41,173 nucleotides of DNA from assembly GCA_029940715.1 (NCBI GenBank), contig JAPYTU010000002.1, positions 1 through 41,173 on the forward strand. The letters run 5' to 3'. The position numbers and the translations under genes are program-made. The notes under the pieces were generated by a model. It made no database searches. It was not told the origin of the DNA and worked only from the letters and a program-made list of their open reading frames with translations. Shown here piece by piece: positions 1 through 6,953 of the stretch (positions are counted from its first letter, which is position 1; each line of letters starts with the position of its first letter). Source of the stretch: Cytophagales bacterium. Lineage in GTDB: Bacteria > Bacteroidota > Bacteroidia > Cytophagales > MED-G16.

Positions 1-1113
1 ACCTAATCCAACAGCTTGTATACCATCAGGAATTTGAAATAGTCCAGCAATAATAAGCAAAATGGAAGCTATTTCAATTACAGCTAAATCACTAACATAT
101 AACTGAGGCAATAAATTTCTAAAAAGAATAAAAATTAAACCAGAAATAGTCATTAAAATTAAGGCCAGATAAAAATTAGAATATCCTGATTTTCTAAGCT
201 CTAAAATATCATTCTTACCATAATAATAACCCAAAGAAATCATTGCTGCAGAACTTATTCCTGAAGCAATCATATACGTAATACTTGCTAAATTTAACGC
301 AATCTGATGCGCAGCTAAAGCATTTGCTCCAATTGAACCAATCATAATTGTTGCCACACTGAAAGCCCCTACTTCAAAAATGTACTGCAATCCAGAAGGA
401 AAACCTATGCTGAATATTTTTTTAAAAGAGCTTATATTAAATAACAATTTAACATTCACAATGTATTTACTAAATCTCTTACTTATTAAACAATAGAAAA
501 AAATCAAAATAAACATCAATATTCTACTTATTAATGTAGCATAAGCTGCGCCAATGATTTCTAAACGAGGAAAACCAAACATTCCAAAAATTAAAATGAA
601 ATTTAATATTATATTAATAACATTTGAAAAAATTGATATATACATTGCTGGTTTGGTAAAACCCAAACCTTCAATAAATTGTTTAAATGTTTGAAATAAA
701 ATTAAAGGAATTAATGATATACAAATTAAATCTAAATAAGGAAAAGTATAGTTAAGTACCGCACTATCCTGCCCCAGAAACAAAAGATAATTTTTTAAAT
801 TAATAACCAATAAAATCAAAAAGATTGTAAAAATCATATTCATTATTATTCCATGAAAAAAAATTCTAGATATATACTTCTGGTTATTATTTGCTGATGA
901 AATTAATGGTGTAATCCCGTAAGAAAGACCAATACAAAACAGTAAAATAAATCCAAATAGTGAATTGGATAATGAAACAGCAGCTAATTGAGTAACTCCT
1001 ATTTTACCTACCATTATACTATCAACTACACCCACAGTTATATGTCCTAACTGACTAAGCATTATTGGGAATGAAAGAAATAAATTTTTTTTAATATGAG
1101 AACCTATTTTCAT
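1..1113 (-). CDS. MATE family efflux transporter, partial (start codon in window, 3' end lies beyond base 1)
   Basis: Absent from the ORF track because no stop codon falls in the window. Hand translation from the ATG (complement of 1111-1113) gives MKIGSHIKKNLFLSFPIMLSQLGHITVGVVDSIMVGKIGVTQLAAVSLSNSLFGFI. The segments I translated by hand (1-120 and the 5' end) contain no stop, the frame reaches base 1 exactly, and no other ORF is listed across 1-1240. It ends ...RNLLPQLYVSDLAVIEIASILLIIAGLFQIPDGIQAVGLG, the Q-x-x-DG-x-Q region typical of NorM/DinF-type MATE proteins. Confidence 0.8.
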   Translation of the reverse strand, partial: MKIGSHIKKNLFLSFPIMLSQLGHITVGVVDSIMVGKIGVTQLAAVSLSNSLFGFILLFCIGLSYGITPLISSANNNQKYISRIFFHGIIMNMIFTIFLILLVINLKNYLLFLGQDSAVLNYTFPYLDLICISLIPLILFQTFKQFIEGLGFTKPAMYISIFSNVINIILNFILIFGMFGFPRLEIIGAAYATLISRILMFILIFFYCLISKRFSKYIVNVKLLFNISSFKKIFSIGFPSGLQYIFEVGAFSVATIMIGSIGANALAAHQIALNLASITYMIASGISSAAMISLGYYYGKNDILELRKSGYSNFYLALILMTISGLIFILFRNLLPQLYVSDLAVIEIASILLIIAGLFQIPDGIQAVGLG

Positions 1114-1120
1114 CAGATTG

Positions 1121-1128
1121 CAAATATA
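1121..1128 (-). promoter_or_regulatory. Bacteroidetes-type -7 box (TATATTTG) 7 nt upstream of the MATE start codon
   Basis: The minus strand reads TTTTTTTATATTTG-caatctg-ATG, which matches TAnnTTTG. No -33 TTTG is visible; that position is occupied by the upstream terminator hairpin. Confidence 0.4.
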
Positions 1129-1156
1129 AAAAAAGCCCGAGAAATCGGGCTTTTTG
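1129..1156 (-). terminator. Rho-independent terminator downstream of the 1241-1738 gene
   Basis: A GC-rich stem, GCCCGA (1135-1140) paired with TCGGGC (1145-1150), has a 4-nt loop and A/T extensions. On the minus strand a run of seven T follows it. A second weak A/T hairpin, TGAATT (1160-1165) with AATTCA (1174-1179), precedes it. Confidence 0.7.
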
Positions 1157-1240
1157 AAATGAATTGTTGTTAAAATTCACCTAAACTAATATGATTGTAA
1201 ATCACTAACCATACCTTGATTCAATTAAACTAAACTATTA

Positions 1241-1738
1241 CTAATTTCTTTTTCCAATCATTTCTCTTCTTTTCGTTAACCTCTCAAACATTACTATCTG
1301 ATCTTTACTTAAAATCGATTTTATATCATTGTCTTTTTTAAATGTCATCTTTTTTATATCAGCTACAATTATTGAAATTTCATCAAATAGGTTATCAATC
1401 TTCGATTGATTAAAATTTTCATTCATTTTTTCAAGTTCTAATTCTAAACGTTTCTTTTTTAAAAAATTTTTGGAATTACTGAAAGATTCACGATATTTTG
1501 TTTGAATTTTTTGAAACTCATTTTTTTGATTTTCATTTAATTGCAATATTTCTATAGGATTTTTTTTAACATCTTTATTATCCATTCTTTTCTTCACAAT
1601 TTCCATTCTTTCTCTTCTACCATCATTCATTTTTTTTCTATCCTGTGAAAATAAATTCTGAGAAAAAAAAGAAAACATAATTAATAGACTTAATAGGATT
1701 GATTTTTTCATTTTATTAATTTTTGTTACCTTATCCAT
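1241..1738 (-). CDS. Small secreted protein, Spy/CpxP-like (LTXXQ-type periplasmic chaperone/sensor family), tentative
   Basis: There is a signal-peptide-like N-terminus (MKKSILLSLLIMFSFFSQNLFSQ); the real start may be the internal ATG at 1711. The rest is charged and helical, with LxxxQ-like repeats (LNENQ, LSKDQ) reminiscent of the Spy/CpxP family. Similarity is judged by eye only. Confidence 0.45.
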   Translation of the reverse strand: MDKVTKINKMKKSILLSLLIMFSFFSQNLFSQDRKKMNDGRRERMEIVKKRMDNKDVKKNPIEILQLNENQKNEFQKIQTKYRESFSNSKNFLKKKRLELELEKMNENFNQSKIDNLFDEISIIVADIKKMTFKKDNDIKSILSKDQIVMFERLTKRREMIGKRN

Positions 1739-1762
1739 TACAATATATTAGACGACAAGATT

Positions 1763-1770
1763 CAAAAATA
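1763..1770 (-). promoter_or_regulatory. Candidate -7 box (TATTTTTG) for the 1241-1738 gene
   Basis: The plus strand reads CAAAAATA, which is minus-strand TATTTTTG. It lies 24 nt upstream of the ATG at 1738. No -33 box was found. Confidence 0.35.
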
Positions 1771-1803
1771 ATTGTTTTATTAAATGATATTAATTATTAA
1801 AAA

Positions 1804-2379
1804 ATGTTAAAATCTTTTTATCAAGAAAAAATTTATGAGGCAGGATGTGATGAAGTAGGTCGTGGATGTTTAGCAGGTCCAGTAATTGCTGCTGCAGTTA
1901 TTTTACCTAAGAATTATAAAAATAATAACATAAAAGACTCAAAAAAAATTAGTGTAAAAAAAAGAAAAATATTAGAAATAGAAATTAAAAATAATGCTAT
2001 CGATTGGTCAATTGGAATTGTCAATAATAAAAAAATAGATAAAATAAATATATTAAATGCATCAATTTTAGCAATGCACAATGCAATAAAAAAATTAAAA
2101 ATAAAACCTAATTACCTAATTATAGATGGTAATAAATTCAAACCCTACAAAAAAATTAAACACACTTGTATAATTCAAGGGGATAATAAATATCTAAGTA
2201 TTGCTGCAGCATCAATAATAGCAAAAAACTATAGAGATAATTTTATGTTTAATAAAGCAAAAAAATTTGGAATCTATTCTTGGGAAACTAACTTTGGTTA
2301 TCCAACTAGAAAACATAAAGAAGCTATAAAAAAATTTGGAATATCAAGCTATCACAGGAAATCATTTAGACTATCTTAA
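1804..2379 (+). CDS. rnhB: Ribonuclease HII
   Basis: The motif GCDEVGRGCLAGPVIAAAV and a length of 191 aa are typical of RNase HII. Confidence 0.9.
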   Translation: MLKSFYQEKIYEAGCDEVGRGCLAGPVIAAAVILPKNYKNNNIKDSKKISVKKRKILEIEIKNNAIDWSIGIVNNKKIDKINILNASILAMHNAIKKLKIKPNYLIIDGNKFKPYKKIKHTCIIQGDNKYLSIAAASIIAKNYRDNFMFNKAKKFGIYSWETNFGYPTRKHKEAIKKFGISSYHRKSFRLS

Positions 2380-2402
2380 TTATAATAAAATCCATTAAGT
2401 AT

Positions 2403-2410
2403 TATATTTG
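2403..2410 (+). promoter_or_regulatory. Candidate -7 box (TATATTTG) 7 nt upstream of the gcvT ATG
   Basis: The sequence TATATTTG-aaaaaat-ATG(2418) matches TAnnTTTG. No -33 TTTG occurs at 19-21 nt spacing. Confidence 0.4.
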
Positions 2411-2417
2411 AAAAAAT

Positions 2418-3500
2418 ATGAATTCTAAAAAATTACAAAACGAAAAATATCATATATCTGCTGGTGCCAAAATGGTCCCTTTTGCTGGTTATAATATGCC
2501 CATATGGTATACTTCCATCGCTGATGAACATAATTGTGTTAGAAATAATGTGGGAATTTTTGACGTTTCACATATGGGAGAATTTATTGTGAGTGGAATT
2601 GAGTCAATTAAATTCCTACAAAAAATAACATCTAATAATATAGAAAAATTAAAAGTTGGAAATGCACAGTACTCTAGTCTTACTAATGAAAATGGTGGAA
2701 TAATTGATGATTTAATTGTCTATTGTTTAAGTATTAATAAATACATGCTCGTTGTTAATGCATCCAACATGAAAAAAGATCTTAATTGGCTAAAAAAACA
2801 TAATTCATATAAAGCTAAAATAGAAAATATATCAAATAGTATTTCTTTACTGGCAGTACAAGGGCCAAAAGCAAGTTCTCTTCTAAATACAATTTCTAAT
2901 GCAGATTTATCAGCTATAAAATTTTATAATTTTATAATTGATAAAATTTCAAACATAAAAAATATTATTATCTCTGCTACAGGATATACAGGTGCTGGTG
3001 GATTCGAACTGTATGTAAGTAATAAAGACGCAACAAAATTATGGAATAAAATAATTCAAGTTGGCAAAAAATATAATCTTAAACCAATAGGTTTAGGTGC
3101 TAGAGATACTTTAAGATTAGAAATGGGATACTGTCTCCATGGAAGTGATATTAATGATCAAATAAATCCCATAGAAGCTGGATTAGACTGGATATGTAAA
3201 AAAAATGTAGATTATATTGGTAAAAATACCATTGATTCGGACAGAGAAAATAATCCTTCAAAAAAATTAATTGGATTTACATTAATAGAAAAAAGGATAC
3301 CAAGGTCAGGATATAAAATATTTAATTCTAACGGAAACAAAATTGGAACTGTTACAAGTGGATCTATATCTCCTTCAACAGGTAAAACTATTGGCTTAGG
3401 TTTTATAAAATTTAGTGAGATAGATTACAAAAAATCTATTTTTATTGAAATAAGAAATAAAAAAATTGAAGGAAAATTATCAAAAACTCCATTTATATGA
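2418..3500 (+). CDS. gcvT: Glycine cleavage system aminomethyltransferase (T protein)
   Basis: FDVSHMGEF, GYTGAGGFEL and ARDTLRLEMG are hallmarks of GcvT. Length is 360 aa. Confidence 0.92.
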   Translation: MNSKKLQNEKYHISAGAKMVPFAGYNMPIWYTSIADEHNCVRNNVGIFDVSHMGEFIVSGIESIKFLQKITSNNIEKLKVGNAQYSSLTNENGGIIDDLIVYCLSINKYMLVVNASNMKKDLNWLKKHNSYKAKIENISNSISLLAVQGPKASSLLNTISNADLSAIKFYNFIIDKISNIKNIIISATGYTGAGGFELYVSNKDATKLWNKIIQVGKKYNLKPIGLGARDTLRLEMGYCLHGSDINDQINPIEAGLDWICKKNVDYIGKNTIDSDRENNPSKKLIGFTLIEKRIPRSGYKIFNSNGNKIGTVTSGSISPSTGKTIGLGFIKFSEIDYKKSIFIEIRNKKIEGKLSKTPFI

Positions 3501-4198
3501 AAAATATTGAGGTATGCTACACTCCTAATAGCATTATAAATTATAAGTTATCAAATAAAATAATAGTAGTAATAGATATACTAAGAGCTACAAGTACTAT
3601 CGTGACACTTTTTTCAAAAAAGGCTACCTCAATAATACCAATTGAGACATTAGATGAATGTAAAGGGTATAAGAATAAAGGATATGTGATTATGGCCGAA
3701 AGAATGGGAAAAAAAGTTAAAGGATTTGACTTTGGTAACTCTCCTTCTAAAATTTTAGAAAAAGATTTTAAAAATAAAAAAATTGCAATTGCTACTAGTA
3801 ATGGGACTAAAACTATATTAAAAACCAGAAAATCAAAAATGACTTTAATTGGTTCTTTCTTAAATCTAACATCAATAGTAAATTATTTAGATAAACAAAG
3901 TGATGATATTCTTCTCTTATGTTCTGGATGGCAAGGATCTATTAATTTAGAAGATACTTTATTTGCTGGAGCTATTATTTCATCTATCTCTAACTACACT
4001 TCTGAATCCGATTCAACTATAATAGCTAAAAATTTATATGAATCTAATAAAGATGATATTTTTAATATCATAAAAAAATCTTCTCACGCAAAAAGACTAT
4101 CAAGTAATGATAATTTAATAGATATTAAATTCTGCTCTCAAATTGATAAATATGACTTAATACCATATTTAGATAATGATAAATTAAAATTATTGTAA
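3497..4198 (+). CDS. 2-phosphosulfolactate phosphatase (ComB) family protein
   Basis: The N-terminal DILRATSTIVT motif, SNGT, and a length of 233 aa fit the ComB family. Its ATG overlaps the gcvT TGA as ATGA. Confidence 0.75.
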   Translation: MKNIEVCYTPNSIINYKLSNKIIVVIDILRATSTIVTLFSKKATSIIPIETLDECKGYKNKGYVIMAERMGKKVKGFDFGNSPSKILEKDFKNKKIAIATSNGTKTILKTRKSKMTLIGSFLNLTSIVNYLDKQSDDILLLCSGWQGSINLEDTLFAGAIISSISNYTSESDSTIIAKNLYESNKDDIFNIIKKSSHAKRLSSNDNLIDIKFCSQIDKYDLIPYLDNDKLKLL

Positions 4199-4385
4199 TT
4201 TTTCTGGGATATGTATACGAGAAGAAACCAAAAGGGTGTGACAGAAACTACTTATCCAAGTTTTCTTCTGAGTTTCACAACTAACCTAATTTTTGCAAAA
4301 AAAATTTTCTAACTTCTTTTATAAGCATTACTAAATTTATAGCTATTTTAACATAAAATATTAATAGTTAAAAGTATTTTTATAA

Positions 4386-5705
4386 ATGGAAGAAGTTAAT
4401 CAAACATTTTCGCTTATTGAGAATAAAAAATTTGATGTTCTCGAATTAAGTACAATTCTTCTAATTCTCGCATCCCTATTTTCTATTATAAATTTAAGAA
4501 TACTAAAACTTCCTATGACCATAGGACTTATGATACTAGCTATAGCATTATCTATAAGTATATTGTTAATTGGATATTTTTTTCCATCTATGCTAAATCT
4601 AGCATATACTATTACAGAAAGTTTTGATTTTAATTTTGTTCTATTGAATGTTATGCTACCATTTTTTTTATTTGCTGGATCTATTTCAATTAATGTTCAT
4701 CAATTAAGAAAAGACAAAATCACCATTTTATTACTTGCATCATTTGGTGTCTTATTTTCCACATATGTTGTAGGAGGACTTACTTTCTTTTTGATATCCC
4801 AACCAATATTTGGATTATCTTCATTAGACATAACATACATAGACTGTCTTTTGTTTGGTTCACTAATTGCTCCTACCGATCCTATTGCCGTATTATCCAT
4901 TGTAAAGAAAATGAATTTATCACCAGAAACTGAAACAAGAATTGCAGGAGAGTCACTATTTAATGATGGTATTGGTGTTGTAGTATTCCTTACTCTTTTA
5001 GGAATTAAAACTTCAGGAGATGCGATAACAGTTCAATCTATAGGTTCTTTATTTTTCACAGAAGTAATTGGAGGTTTAGCACTTGGAGCATTAATTGGGT
5101 ATTTAGGATTAAAACTTGTAAGATATATAGAAAATGAACATGTACAATTAGAAGTTTTAATAACACTATCTATGGTTTTGCTTGTTTCAGTTATAGCTAC
5201 TAGATTCCATCTATCAGGTCCTCTAGGAGTTGTAATTCTAGGTCTTTACTTAAACAAATATGTTAAGGAAGATAGTGTTAATGGTATTTCTGAAATGGCA
5301 ATGGGTGATTACGTTTATAAATTTTGGCACTTGCTTGACGAGACTCTAAACGCAATACTTTTCATCCTCATAGGGCTAGAGATTATACTTCTCTACGAAA
5401 GTTTTAATCTAACTTACATTATCATTTCGGTTATAGTAATTTTTATAGTTGTAGCTGCAAGATATATCGGAGTTTCAATTCCTGTTGTAATACTATCTCA
5501 GTTCAAGAATTTCGAAAAAAATACCGCAAAAATAATTACATGGGGAGGTCTAAGAGGTGGATTGAGTATAGCACTTGCACTAAACCTTCCTGAGACTATG
5601 GGTGATGTTAAATCTTTAATATTAATCCTAACTTATGCGGTGGTACTGTTCACTATCCTTGTCCAGGGTTTGACAATGCAAAAAATAATAAAGAGTAAAT
5701 TTTAA
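4386..5705 (+). CDS. Na+/H+ (cation/proton) antiporter, CPA1/NhaP-like
   Basis: This is a polytopic membrane protein of 439 aa. It carries the ATDPIAV motif and FNDG, which are characteristic of CPA1 exchangers. Confidence 0.85.
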   Translation: MEEVNQTFSLIENKKFDVLELSTILLILASLFSIINLRILKLPMTIGLMILAIALSISILLIGYFFPSMLNLAYTITESFDFNFVLLNVMLPFFLFAGSISINVHQLRKDKITILLLASFGVLFSTYVVGGLTFFLISQPIFGLSSLDITYIDCLLFGSLIAPTDPIAVLSIVKKMNLSPETETRIAGESLFNDGIGVVVFLTLLGIKTSGDAITVQSIGSLFFTEVIGGLALGALIGYLGLKLVRYIENEHVQLEVLITLSMVLLVSVIATRFHLSGPLGVVILGLYLNKYVKEDSVNGISEMAMGDYVYKFWHLLDETLNAILFILIGLEIILLYESFNLTYIIISVIVIFIVVAARYIGVSIPVVILSQFKNFEKNTAKIITWGGLRGGLSIALALNLPETMGDVKSLILILTYAVVLFTILVQGLTMQKIIKSKF

Positions 5706-5732
5706 AAATTAGATATCATCTTTATTGTAGAC

Positions 5733-6185
5733 TTACTCCCTATCCCTCGAGTCAATAATTATAGTTGTTGGACCATCATTAACCAAGCATACCTTCATAT
5801 TTGCACCAAATGCTCCAGTCTGAATACTACTCCCAAATTTGTCTTCTAAAATTCTTATAAACTTTTGATACATATCATTAGCAAAATCAGGCTTTGCTGC
5901 CTTTATAAATGAGGGTCTATTACCCTTCTTTGTAGATGCGTGTAATGTGAACTGACTTATCAAAAGAATATTCCCATCTACATCTAACAGACTATTATTC
6001 ATCTTATAATCTTCATCGTTAAATATCCTAAGATTGATAATTTTTTTAGACATCCAGTCCAAATCATCCATGGTATCATCATCAACAAAACTTACAAATA
6101 CAACTAAACCATGATCAATTAGTCCAATTATTTTTTCTGAAACGGATACACTTGCTTCTTTAACTCTTTGAACTACTACTCTCAT
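5733..6185 (-). CDS. dtd: D-aminoacyl-tRNA deacylase
   Basis: MRVVVQRV, SQFTL and NDGPTT match the Dtd family. The ORF-track start at 6188 is a TTG; the ATG at 6185 gives the canonical N-terminus and a TGATG junction with the upstream gene. Confidence 0.92.
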   Translation of the reverse strand: MRVVVQRVKEASVSVSEKIIGLIDHGLVVFVSFVDDDTMDDLDWMSKKIINLRIFNDEDYKMNNSLLDVDGNILLISQFTLHASTKKGNRPSFIKAAKPDFANDMYQKFIRILEDKFGSSIQTGAFGANMKVCLVNDGPTTIIIDSRDRE

Positions 6186-6574
6186 CAACTATTATTTTCC
6201 CACTCAAGAAATTTATCAATATCTTCTTCTATTGACTCATATATCCATGCAATTAATGCTATATCATCTATCAGACCAGCCAAAGGAATAAAGTCAGGTA
6301 TAAGATCAATAGGATAAATAAAATAGATTAATCCAGCGACAATTAGAGTAATTGTTTTCCAGGGAACATAGGTATATTTTCTAGAAGAATATGCATTTAC
6401 TAATCTTATAAAGACACGTAGATAAGAATTTAGTTTCTTTGTTGTTTTCTTATCATTTGACAATTTCTGTAATTTTTTAAGAACATCATCAATAAGTTCT
6501 TTCAACTTTTTATCATCTTGAATGATGATTTTAGCTTTAGATATATACTCTTTTAAAGATTTTGATTTATCCAT
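6185..6574 (-). CDS. DUF1232 (YkvA-like) membrane protein
   Basis: The motif PIDLIPDFIPLAGLIDDIALI is typical of DUF1232. Confidence 0.75.
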   Translation of the reverse strand: MDKSKSLKEYISKAKIIIQDDKKLKELIDDVLKKLQKLSNDKKTTKKLNSYLRVFIRLVNAYSSRKYTYVPWKTITLIVAGLIYFIYPIDLIPDFIPLAGLIDDIALIAWIYESIEEDIDKFLEWENNS

Positions 6575-6953
6575 TAATTTCTCTTTCTGTTTCCAATAAA
6601 AAGGTAGAATTGTTTATTTCACCTTTAATTTTTGGTTTTAATTTAATAATCTCAATAGTGCATGAACTGATTTGATCAAATTCTACATATATATTTTTTG
6701 ATATTTCATAAGCAGCAGTTTCAATAAGATTAAAAGATTTATTCATTACTAATTCGATTGTTCCATAAACTGATTCATAATCTAAAGCCCTCTTAATATG
6801 ATCATCAAAATTATTATTATCTATATTCAAAGATATATTTATAATAAATTCATTACCATTTAACTTCTCAAAATCATACACACCAATTTTTGAATTAAAT
6901 TTCAAGCCATTAAGAGATAACAGTGATTTATTAATTTTCATCGAATGTATCAA
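6567..6953 (-). CDS. folB: Dihydroneopterin aldolase
   Basis: The size (about 125 aa) fits, as does the N-terminal L-x-G-L-x-F-x-x-x-I-G-V-x-x-x-E pattern (LNGLKFNSKIGVYDFEK) typical of FolB. Confidence 0.75.
   Translation of the reverse strand: MIHSMKINKSLLSLNGLKFNSKIGVYDFEKLNGNEFIINISLNIDNNNFDDHIKRALDYESVYGTIELVMNKSFNLIETAAYEISKNIYVEFDQISSCTIEIIKLKPKIKGEINNSTFLLETEREING

Noticed and set aside
2380-2417. A glycine riboswitch, which would be expected upstream of gcvT.
   Set aside because: The rnhB-gcvT spacer is only 38 nt and almost pure A/T. It cannot hold a glycine aptamer.
4201-4290. Assigning the G+C-elevated element to a known riboswitch class (fluoride/crcB, Na+/Li+ or Mn2+ classes), a tRNA or SRP RNA.
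   Set aside because: By eye, none of the conserved cores I remember for these families is present. There is no GTTCGAATC-like T-loop, no GGAAG...CAGC SRP motif and no crcB-like GATG...CTGATGA pattern. It is kept only as an unclassified candidate.
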